IMG/VR virus record: IMGVR_UViG_2841260384_000002
Strand: one strand, 5' to 3'
Origin: an uncultured virus (IMG/VR IMGVR_UViG_2841260384_000002)
Taxonomy: Duplodnaviria; Heunggongvirae; Uroviricota; Caudoviricetes
DNA length: 19,425 nt
Shown here: in pieces, positions 1 to 7,472 of the stretch
Position numbering within the stretch: position 1 is the first letter of the stretch
How the letters are laid out: every line of letters starts with the position of its first letter
The notes under the pieces: model-generated
The model's database searches: none
What the model was told of the DNA's origin: nothing
What the model saw: the letters and a program-made list of their open reading frames with translations, nothing else
Position numbers and translations under genes: made by a program

Positions 1-1
1 G

Positions 2-604
2 AGTTTTGTTGGTTCAAAAAATGCGGGCAAAATGATGGTTCTTGAAGGAGGCATGAAATACAACAATGTCACCATGAATCCTGAAGCCGCTCAAATGCTG
101 GAAAGTAGAACATTCAGTATTGAAGAGATCTGCCGCTGGTTCAGAGTTCCGCCATTTATGGTTGGACACATGGATAAACAAAGTAGTTGGGCATCCAGCG
201 TGGAAGGTATGAATATGCAGTTTCTTACGAATACACTGCGCCCGCTACTAGTCAATATTGAGCAAGAAATCAGCCGATGCCTGTTAAATGGCGATGATGA
301 TTATTATGCGGAATTCTCTGTTGAAGGGTTGCTTCGTGCAGATAGTGCAGGTAGGGCGGCATACTACACAACATCGCTACAGAATGGTTGGATGAGCCGC
401 AATGATGTTAGACGGTTGGAAAATTTACCTCCGATTGATGGTGGTGATATTTATACTGTGCAACTCAACTTAACACCGCTTGATCAGCTTGGATTAAGTG
501 ACACAGGCAATGAGGCTGAAAAGCTAAAAGCCCAACTGACCAACTGGCTATTCCCAGAAACACAAACATCCACTCACTCTAATAAACCTCATTCCGAGGA
601 GTAA
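2..604 (+). CDS. Phage portal protein, HK97 family (3' part; start lies upstream of the window)
   Basis: Frame is open from position 2 (SFVGSKNAGKMMVLEGGMKY...). Portal-type motifs AQMLESR.F..EEICRWFRVPP and NGWMSRNDVRRLENLPPI.GGD. Confidence 0.95.
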   Translation, partial: SFVGSKNAGKMMVLEGGMKYNNVTMNPEAAQMLESRTFSIEEICRWFRVPPFMVGHMDKQSSWASSVEGMNMQFLTNTLRPLLVNIEQEISRCLLNGDDDYYAEFSVEGLLRADSAGRAAYYTTSLQNGWMSRNDVRRLENLPPIDGGDIYTVQLNLTPLDQLGLSDTGNEAEKLKAQLTNWLFPETQTSTHSNKPHSEE

Positions 605-609
605 ATTTA

Positions 610-1464
610 ATGAAAAAAAGCCATTTGCCGGTTGCGCTGGCGGATCGCCCCTGTGCGTCGATTAACTATGAGCTAAAACCCCAAGCCTTGGATAAATGGA
701 ATAGCGGCATTCGTGCAGCGAGTTCTGATAACACCATTTCTGTTTTAGATGTGATAGGTGAGGACTTCTGGGGTGAAGGCGTTACCGCTAAACGTATCTC
801 TGCCGCACTTCGTTCGATGGGCAACAATGATGTTGTCGTCAATATCAACAGTCCTGGTGGCGATATGTTTGAGGGGTTAGCTATCTATAACTTGCTCCGA
901 GCCCACAGTGGGAAAGTTACTGTCAACATTTTAGGCATTGCAGCTTCAGCTGCATCCATTATTGCAATGGCAGGTGATGAAGTGCAAATGGGTCGAGGTT
1001 CATTCCTGATGATCCACAATTGCTGGGCATTCGCAGCAGGTAATCGCCATGACTTTGCGAAGCTCTCTACAGACTTGGCTCCATTCGACCAATCTATGTC
1101 AGATATCTATGTTGCCCGAAGTGGACAGCCTAGTGATGTCGTCAGTCAAATGATGGATAGCGAAACCTACATTGGCGCCAGTGATGCGATTGAAAAAGGG
1201 TTCGCAGATGGGCTGCTCGCTGCAGATTCACTTGATGATGGTGACGAAAGCCCACAGGCGGCTATTCGAAAACTGGATGCTTTATTGGCGAAAACCAACA
1301 CGCCTCGCTCTGAGCGTCGAAAACTCATTAGTGCGTTAACACGAAGTATGCCGAGCGCTACTTCGGAACCTGATGGTACGCCAAGCGCTGCCGACAACCT
1401 TGATCCAAAATCTCTTTCAAACTTTCAAAAGGCTGTTGATGCCTTTGCGAACCAATCAAAATAA
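610..1464 (+). CDS. Prohead maturation protease, ClpP-like (S14)
   Basis: INSPGGDMFEG, GIAASAAS (catalytic Ser) and FLMIHN (His) motifs; located between portal and capsid; GAGGAG just upstream. Confidence 0.93.
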   Translation: MKKSHLPVALADRPCASINYELKPQALDKWNSGIRAASSDNTISVLDVIGEDFWGEGVTAKRISAALRSMGNNDVVVNINSPGGDMFEGLAIYNLLRAHSGKVTVNILGIAASAASIIAMAGDEVQMGRGSFLMIHNCWAFAAGNRHDFAKLSTDLAPFDQSMSDIYVARSGQPSDVVSQMMDSETYIGASDAIEKGFADGLLAADSLDDGDESPQAAIRKLDALLAKTNTPRSERRKLISALTRSMPSATSEPDGTPSAADNLDPKSLSNFQKAVDAFANQSK

Positions 1465-1475
1465 TTGGAGTTATT

Positions 1476-2690
1476 ATGTCTGATACAAATGAATTACTGA
1501 AAAACCTGTCTGCTAAAATCGAAAAAGCGAACAGCGAGTTTAATGCAAAAGCAGAAGAAGCATTAAAAGAAGCCCAAAAAGTCGGCAGCCTAAGTACTGA
1601 AACTAAAGAGGCTGTAGACAAAATGGCAACGGAGCTGAATGCGCTGCGTGAGTCAGAAAAAGCACTGAAAGCATCACTGGGCGATCTAGAGCAACACGTT
1701 GCCCAAATGCCACTGAACAACGCAATTCAAGCAGCGAAAACCATTGGCCAACAGGTGATTTCTGCCGAAGCACTGAAAGATATCAACTCAAGCTTACAGG
1801 CCAGCAAGCGCATTTCCATTCCTGTTCAGGCGGCATTGACTTCTGCGGGTGTTGCTGAAGGGGTTGTTGAACCTCAGCGCTTACCGGGCATTGATGTTGC
1901 ACCTAAGCAGCGTTTATTCATTCGTGACTTAATCGCACCAGGGAAAACGACTTCGCCGGCCATCTTCTGGGTACAGCAAACCGGATTTACTAACGCGGCA
2001 AAAGTGGTACCAGAAAATACCACTAAGCCATACAGTGACATTCAGTTTGCAACAAAAATCACGCCAGTGACCACAATTGCGCACATGTTCAAAGCCTCTA
2101 AGCAAATCTTAGATGATTTCTCTCAATTGCAATCGCTAGTTGATGCTGAAATGCGCTACGGATTGAAGTTTGTCGAAGAGCAGGAAATCTTGTTTGGTGA
2201 CGGCTCCGGTGCTCATTTACACGGCATCATTCCTCAAGCATCGAAGTACAAAGCAGAGTTCGATGTTGATAAGCAAAACGGCATTGATGACCTACGTCTC
2301 GCTATGTTGCAGGCTCAATTAGCGCGTTTCCCAGCAACGGGACACGTTCTGCACTTCATCGATTGGGCGAAGATTGAGCTGCTGAAAGACTCGCTGGGTC
2401 GTTACATCTTAGCTAACCCATCAGCATTAACGGGACCAACTTTATGGGGCCTGCCAATTGTTGTCACCGAAACAGCGGCATTCAAAGGCAAATTCCTGAC
2501 TGGTGCATTTAATGCTGGCGCTCAATTGTTTGACCGCGAAGAAACCAACGTGGTCATCTCTACTGAGAACGCCGACGACTTTGAGAAAAACATGATCTCA
2601 ATTCGTTGTGAAGAGCGTCTTGCATTAGCGCTTAAACGTCCAGAGGCGTTTGTTTATGGTGATTTCACAGCGCCTACCTCGGGTGAATAA
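1476..2690 (+). CDS. Major capsid protein, HK97 fold, with N-terminal coiled-coil scaffold (delta-like) domain
   Basis: 404 aa; helical K/E/A-rich N-terminus; EEQEILFGDG, LKDSLGRYI, TLWGLPIV, FEKNMISIRCEERLAL motifs; GGAG RBS. Confidence 0.96.
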   Translation: MSDTNELLKNLSAKIEKANSEFNAKAEEALKEAQKVGSLSTETKEAVDKMATELNALRESEKALKASLGDLEQHVAQMPLNNAIQAAKTIGQQVISAEALKDINSSLQASKRISIPVQAALTSAGVAEGVVEPQRLPGIDVAPKQRLFIRDLIAPGKTTSPAIFWVQQTGFTNAAKVVPENTTKPYSDIQFATKITPVTTIAHMFKASKQILDDFSQLQSLVDAEMRYGLKFVEEQEILFGDGSGAHLHGIIPQASKYKAEFDVDKQNGIDDLRLAMLQAQLARFPATGHVLHFIDWAKIELLKDSLGRYILANPSALTGPTLWGLPIVVTETAAFKGKFLTGAFNAGAQLFDREETNVVISTENADDFEKNMISIRCEERLALALKRPEAFVYGDFTAPTSGE

Positions 2691-2697
2691 TCCACAC

Positions 2698-2725
2698 AAG
2701 CGGTCATTATGACCGCTTTTTATTT
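2698..2725 (+). terminator. Rho-independent terminator after capsid gene
   Basis: AAGCGGTCA-TTA-TGACCGCTT followed by TTTATTT. Confidence 0.8.
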
Positions 2726-2737
2726 GGGTAAAAGAAT

Positions 2738-2995
2738 ATGAAACTAATCGTATTACGTGCCATTTATTTTGGTGGAAAAGTTGCTGTTGAAGGCGAAACC
2801 ATTGAAACGCTGGAGCTACATGGGCGTGAATTAATTCAAAAAGGCTATGCATCTGAATTAGTTATCGAACACACTACTGAGCAGCAGGAGCAGCAGGAGC
2901 AGCAGGAGCAGCAGGAGCAGCAGGAGCAGCAGGAGCAGCAGGAGCAGCAGGAGCAGCAGGAAGCAAAAAAAACCAAACCTAAAAAGGAGAAATAA
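2738..2995 (+). CDS. Small post-capsid phage protein with (EQQ)9 low-complexity tract and basic C-terminus
   Basis: 85-aa ORF between capsid and connector; stop overlaps the next ATG (TAATG). Confidence 0.75.
   Translation: MKLIVLRAIYFGGKVAVEGETIETLELHGRELIQKGYASELVIEHTTEQQEQQEQQEQQEQQEQQEQQEQQEQQEAKKTKPKKEK
2879..2959 (+). repeat. Perfect 9-bp tandem repeat (GAGCAGCAG)x9, in frame, encoding EQQ
   Basis: 81 nt read directly from the sequence. Confidence 0.97.
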
Positions 2996-3321
2996 TGCTT
3001 TCTCTAGAGGTAGTTAAGTCTCATTGTAATATCGACCCTGAGTTTACGGATGATGACAATATCCTCACGATATACATTGGTTCTGCCATGAAGTATGTAG
3101 AAAACTACACACGTCGAACCTTGTATGAAAATGAATCATCAGAAGGTTATCAGGATGATTCTGACCCGCTGTTGTTAAGTGATGATGTCAAAAACGCCAT
3201 GCTATTACTGATTGGTCAATGGTATGAAAACCGAGAAGCCACCAATATTGCTAATATCACCTCAGCGTTACCGTTTGCGACAGAAGCACTACTTCAACCT
3301 TACCGCATTTACGGGTTATAG
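2995..3321 (+). CDS. Head-tail connector protein (HK97 gp6/SPP1 gp15-like)
   Basis: LSLE.VK.HC.ID...DD and A.LLLIGQWYENRE...LP...EALLQPYR motifs. Confidence 0.93.
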   Translation: MLSLEVVKSHCNIDPEFTDDDNILTIYIGSAMKYVENYTRRTLYENESSEGYQDDSDPLLLSDDVKNAMLLLIGQWYENREATNIANITSALPFATEALLQPYRIYGL

Positions 3322-3330
3322 GGAGGCTGT

Positions 3331-3657
3331 ATGCAAGCGGGCAGACTGCGTCACAAAGTAACTTTCCAGCGTAATGAATTGGTTAAATTACCCTCTGGCG
3401 CTCGTGAAAATCAGTGGGTTGATATTGCTACGACACGCGCTGAAGTTAAGCCAATATCAGGGCGTGAGCTTCTTTCATCCGGTGCCGAAATGTCCGAGGT
3501 AACGGTTCGTGTTTGGATGCGCTTTCGGCGTGATATCAATTCAACGTGCCGCATGGTTTTTAACGGGCTCAACTATGATATTCAGTCCGTTATTCCTGAT
3601 GTGAAAAATACTCGGCTTGAATTACTGTGTAAACAGGGGGTCAAGGCTGATGGATGA
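3331..3657 (+). CDS. Head closure / head-tail adaptor (SPP1 gp16-like)
   Basis: MQAGRLRHKVTFQ, AEVKPISGRE, VRVWMRFRRDI, YDIQSV; GGGAGG RBS. Confidence 0.92.
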   Translation: MQAGRLRHKVTFQRNELVKLPSGARENQWVDIATTRAEVKPISGRELLSSGAEMSEVTVRVWMRFRRDINSTCRMVFNGLNYDIQSVIPDVKNTRLELLCKQGVKADG

Positions 3658-4099
3658 TTTTAATATCGATTTCAGTGGCTTCCTTGATATTGCTAAGGAT
3701 CTGGATGAGCTCAGTAAAGCGGAGAGTAATAAAGTTTTGCGCCAAGCGACCTATGCGGGAGCAGCTGTTCTGCGTGATGAGGTAAGAGCTAATGCGCCAG
3801 TACGAACCGGTAAGCTAAAAAGAAACATTGTGGCTAGTAGCCAGAGAAGCCGGAAATCGGGTGAGGTTTCTGCTGGTGTCTATGTTCGAGGCAGTAATCA
3901 GGATGGTACCAATAGCGACAATTCGATGAAAGCTAAGGATCCGCGCAATGCTTATTATTGGCGATTTTTGGAGGAAGGAACTTCAAAGATGCCACCGGTA
4001 CCGTTTATTCGACCTGCGTTTGATAGTAAAGCCGATGAAGCCGCCAGTGCAGCCATTGCGAAGCTTGATGAGGCGATAGATAAGGTGCTGAGTAAATGA
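3650..4099 (+). CDS. HK97 gp10-family tail/neck component
   Basis: APVRTGKLKRNI and AYYWRFLEEGTSKMPPVPFIRPAFD motifs; ATG at 3650 overlapping the upstream gene is preferred to the 3617 start. Confidence 0.9.
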   Translation: MDDFNIDFSGFLDIAKDLDELSKAESNKVLRQATYAGAAVLRDEVRANAPVRTGKLKRNIVASSQRSRKSGEVSAGVYVRGSNQDGTNSDNSMKAKDPRNAYYWRFLEEGTSKMPPVPFIRPAFDSKADEAASAAIAKLDEAIDKVLSK

Positions 4100-4431
4100 A
4101 AGAAGCTGATTTATTTATACTTCTGGATCCCGTCTTGCCAGAAAAAACGTTTCCTTACGTAGTTACTCATGATAATCCATCAATTACAGCACCTTGGATG
4201 ATATTTTCATTTTATGAAGTTGACGGTGATGTCTTCTCTGGCCAAGCAGAAACCATGACCAATATTCAAATTGATGTTTATGCAAAAAACCCAGATACAG
4301 CTGGCGACTTTTTATCAAAAGCGCTCACCGCCATTCATCCTTTAAGCCCAACCAACATTACCAGAAAGCCAAGCTATGAGCCTGATACGGCACTTTATCG
4401 GGCAACCCTAGAATGCCAAGTTTGGAATTAA
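4096..4431 (+). CDS. Tail terminator/completion protein (DUF3168 / HK97 gp11-like)
   Basis: Position before the tail tube; IQIDVYA and YEPDTALYRATLE motifs; ATGA overlap. Confidence 0.82.
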   Translation: MKEADLFILLDPVLPEKTFPYVVTHDNPSITAPWMIFSFYEVDGDVFSGQAETMTNIQIDVYAKNPDTAGDFLSKALTAIHPLSPTNITRKPSYEPDTALYRATLECQVWN

Positions 4432-4449
4432 CGCCTCATTAACTCCATC

Positions 4450-4472
4450 AACCACCTTCGGGTGGTTTTTTT
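4450..4472 (+). terminator. Rho-independent terminator-like hairpin
   Basis: ACCACC-TTCG-GGTGGT followed by a T run; UUCG tetraloop. Confidence 0.75.
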
Positions 4473-4491
4473 ATGTCTATAGGAAACTGAT

Positions 4492-4986
4492 ATGACAAGT
4501 AAATATGAAAAATCGCAAGGTACGAATTTATTTATTTCAAAGTTACCTGCTGAAGATGTTTCAGCCACCGCAATTGATTTTCTGGCTTTAGGTTGTACGA
4601 CTAAAGAAACTAGCTTTACAGGTGGTCAGAAAACGGATCTGGATACAACCACACTGTGTTCTAAAGAACAGGAAACGATTAACGGTTTACCTGCAGCGGC
4701 AGAGATTTCTATCAATGCCAACTTTTCAGCGGATGACGATGGACAAGAATCATTACGTAAAGCCTATGAAGAAGATACGAAGCATGCCTTCAAAGTTATC
4801 TTCCCATCCGGTAATGGTTATGCATTCCTTGCTGAAGTTCGCCAGCACACATGGTCTGCACCGACTAACGGTATCGTGGCCGCAACATTCACTCTACGCT
4901 TAAAAGGTAAAACAGTACCGATTAAGAACGGTGAAATTGTTAAGCCTGCCACACAATCAGCCCCTATTGTCGAAGGTAAAAAATAA
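4492..4986 (+). CDS. Major tail tube protein
   Basis: MTSKYEKSQGT, FTGGQKTDLDTTTLCS.EQE.INGLP and FKVIFPSGNGYAFLAEVRQHTWS are typical of HK97-like tail tubes; 164 aa, so no C-terminal Ig-like extension; AGGA RBS. Confidence 0.9.
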   Translation: MTSKYEKSQGTNLFISKLPAEDVSATAIDFLALGCTTKETSFTGGQKTDLDTTTLCSKEQETINGLPAAAEISINANFSADDDGQESLRKAYEEDTKHAFKVIFPSGNGYAFLAEVRQHTWSAPTNGIVAATFTLRLKGKTVPIKNGEIVKPATQSAPIVEGKK

Positions 4987-5357
4987 TGGCGAAGAAACCA
5001 AGTTTACGAACGCTGGCGCTTAATGCGGATCAGGCTTTTCGTAGCAAAAAAGTTCACGTTGCAGAATGGGGTATTGATGTATTAATTAGAGAGCCATCGA
5101 TTAAGGCGCGCTTATCTTGCACTGATTTAGTCAGTGGAAAGGATGGGGAAGAGCTCACATCAACACAAAAATCGCTTCGCAATATTGAAGGCGATGTTAT
5201 TTTGTTTATCGATATTCTCCGTGAAGAAGATGGTAGTCAAGTATTCACCGATAAAGATAAACCAGCTCTCATGGAAACGTATGGTCCAGTGCATGCGCGT
5301 TTATTGGCTGAAGCTTTTTCACTAACTATTTCAGCTACTGAGGCTGAAAAAAAGTAA
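4986..5357 (+). CDS. Tail assembly chaperone (lambda gpG analogue)
   Basis: Follows the tube gene; V.EWG..V.IREPS and YGPVHARLL..A motifs; ends at a slippery site. Confidence 0.88.
   Translation: MAKKPSLRTLALNADQAFRSKKVHVAEWGIDVLIREPSIKARLSCTDLVSGKDGEELTSTQKSLRNIEGDVILFIDILREEDGSQVFTDKDKPALMETYGPVHARLLAEAFSLTISATEAEKK
5348..5354 (+). other. Programmed -1 ribosomal frameshift slippery heptamer A-AAA-AAG (G to GT)
   Basis: GCT GAA AAA AAG TAA; the -1 frame reads VKEPETFFL and then runs into MTLALRLGKTL (5381) with no stop. Confidence 0.85.
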
Positions 5358-5665
5358 AAGAACCGGAAACATTCTTTTTAATGACGCTGGCACTCCGCTT
5401 GGGGAAAACCTTAACTGAATTAACCCATAATATGGATGCCAGCGAGTTAAGAATGTGGATGGCATACGACAAGGTAAGTCCTATTGGGGATCGTCGTGGT
5501 GATATTCAAACGGCAATGGTAGCAACTGCAGTGTTAAATGCAGCAGGTGCAAAAGTGTCGGTTAGTGAGCTTATTCCTGTTTGGGATGATGAGGTTGTTG
5601 CCGCAAATGAACCTGAGAATAAACAGGATCCGTTGGAGGCGTGGTTGAGCAGTATGTCTGAATAG
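5354..5665 (+). CDS. Tail assembly chaperone frameshift extension (lambda gpT analogue)
   Basis: LALRLGKTL.EL...M.ASELRMW.AYD..SPIGD.RGDIQ.A motif; no evident RBS before ATG 5381; open in the -1 frame from the slippery site. Confidence 0.85.
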   Translation, partial: VKEPETFFLMTLALRLGKTLTELTHNMDASELRMWMAYDKVSPIGDRRGDIQTAMVATAVLNAAGAKVSVSELIPVWDDEVVAANEPENKQDPLEAWLSSMSE

Positions 5666-5697
5666 TTATATAGTAGGCTCATTAATTTATTAATGAG
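5645..5697 (+). promoter_or_regulatory. Candidate sigma70 promoter of the moron, followed by a perfect 8-bp inverted repeat
   Basis: TTGAGC (5645-5650), 18 nt, TATAGT (5669-5674); CTCATTAA-TTTA-TTAATGAG (5678-5697). Confidence 0.45.
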
Positions 5698-5706
5698 ATT
5701 ACTTAA

Positions 5707-6096
5707 ATGAAACAGGCACTAATTAAAACTGTCATCGCCTTTATTATTTTTACTGCAGTCCTACTGTCGCCATTCCTTTTTGATAAGTTAGGTTCTAGTA
5801 ATACTGATTCAAAGAGGTTTGTAAAACAAACAGAAGAGTTGCTAAAGGAAGAATACAGAACATCAGATATTAAATTTTACAGTTCTTTTTATACGGATCG
5901 TGGGTACGAAAAATACACAGGGGCAGTATGTGGATACGTTATTAAATTAGATCATGCAGAAGATGACAATAATGAATATAGAAAATACTACGCATTAGTG
6001 GTTAATGATGGAAAAAACATTATCAGCGTGACTGATGTTGATTTTGATATATACGTCAGCTTTGATAGATGGAACAAATATTGCGACAGACAATAA
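5707..6096 (+). CDS. Moron: AT-rich membrane-anchored/exported protein of unknown function (candidate superinfection exclusion)
   Basis: N-terminal hydrophobic helix (VIAFIIFTAVLLSPFLF); two Cys (AVCGYV, WNKYC); lower GC than neighbours; own terminator; inserted between T and tape measure. Confidence 0.75.
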   Translation: MKQALIKTVIAFIIFTAVLLSPFLFDKLGSSNTDSKRFVKQTEELLKEEYRTSDIKFYSSFYTDRGYEKYTGAVCGYVIKLDHAEDDNNEYRKYYALVVNDGKNIISVTDVDFDIYVSFDRWNKYCDRQ

Positions 6097-6101
6097 ATGA
6101 T

Positions 6102-6125
6102 GACCGCCTAGGCGGTCTTTTTTTT
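6102..6125 (+). terminator. Rho-independent terminator of the moron
   Basis: GACCGCCTAGGCGGTC palindrome followed by T8. Confidence 0.85.
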
Positions 6126-6135
6126 GGAGACGAAA

Positions 6136-6950
6136 ATGTCTAAATTACGTGAGTTAATCTTAAAGATTACTGCTAATTCGTCAGGTTTTCAGGCGGAAAT
6201 TAGTAAAGCTTCTCGAATTAGCAATGATTTTTATAAAAATGCGGCCAGTGGTAGCCGTCAATTGCGACAGGAATTAACTCAGCAGAAAAAGGCATTGGCG
6301 GAAATAAATAATCAACTTACAAGTGTTGCTATGACCGCAAGAGGAATGGCTGGCGCTATGGCTGGCTTTTTTTCAGCATCGGCAATGATCTCTACTGTAG
6401 ATAGCTGGGGACAAATGGCGGCACGAATAAAAATGTCGCTTAATTCGGTAGAGGGTTCAACTAAATCTTATGAGCAGCTTCAGCAGCGATTTTTATCAGT
6501 CAGTAACCGTAATGGTAAATCAATAGAAACCACACAAGAACTATATGTTGGCTCTGCTACCTCAATGAAAGAGTTAGGTTATAACACCTCTCAGACTATT
6601 GATTATATTGAATCACTTTCTTCTATTTTTACAGCTAATGCAACCAGCGCTCAACAAACTGAATCAGCAACTACTGCATTAAGCCGCTCAATGGTAAACG
6701 GCAAAATAAGCGGCAATGACTGGCATTCTGTGATGAATTCTATGCCAACGGTACTGCGTGATATCGCTGCTGAATTATCACGTACCAGCGGTGGAGTGAA
6801 AGTCACTGAAAACGATGTGAAAAAACTCGCCATGAATGGTGGTATCTCGATGAAGCTATTTGCCGATGCCGTGATCCGGGCAAAAGAGGCAAATAATGCG
6901 CTTGCTGATTCTATGGATAATACAGTTGAAGATGGCTTTACTCGTGTAGC
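6136..6950 (+). pseudogene. Tape measure protein, N-terminal fragment (split by the inversion)
   Basis: MSKLRELILKITANSSGFQAEI..ASR is a typical lambdoid TMP start with GGAG RBS; tape-measure domain (LSRSMVNGKISGNDWHSVMNSMP). The frame runs into inverted DNA after ...FTRVA and stops at 6963. Confidence 0.92.
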
Positions 6951-7472
6951 AACACTCCAATAACCCCGACCATTCTTATCCGCTTGTATAAATATTTTTT
7001 GCCGAAACACACAATAGGAAACCGTGGATTCTTGGGTGATGGCTCTAAAGTTATCAACGGCAGCATCTATCTGCGAGTTAATAAAAAGCCCATAAGAGTC
7101 TTGCGGGGCTTCCTTCAGTACGCCGTATAAGAAAAAGTGGGAGTTACCATCACTCCCAGGCAACCAACCCGAATCACCGCCCCACCAGTCATAGTTACAA
7201 TAGAATGTATCGCCCGACACCCAATAACTCCCGATACTCACGCCCTGCACAGAACCGTAAGCAAGAAAATGACACAATGCTGAAGGTACAATGACCACAT
7301 TGTATTTCGACATTCCAGGTACATAGACTGACTTATTTTTTTGATATCGCTGTGGGTTGAGTGGATGAATAACAATATGCTTTAAGAAGGTTAGCGGGTA
7401 AGAATTATTGGTGATTTCAATCGGCTTCCCACCATCTTTAGGGTTAATAAACAATCCATAATCGTCACTCAT
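6951..7472 (-). pseudogene. Post-J tail tip accessory protein, N-terminal 174 codons (split by the inversion)
   Basis: ATG at 7472 (MSDDYGLFINP) with GGAGG RBS and ATGA overlap with the J stop; internal YGLFIN duplication; continues in frame at 15714 after re-inversion. Confidence 0.85.

Noticed and set aside
666..2852. Minus-strand ORFs over the protease and capsid genes
   Set aside because: They are antisense shadows of conserved head genes.
6651..6950. C-terminal 99 aa of the listed 283-aa minus-strand ORF (…ATRVKPSSTVLS…)
   Set aside because: It is read-through across the inversion junction into the antisense of the tape measure gene, not a genuine domain.
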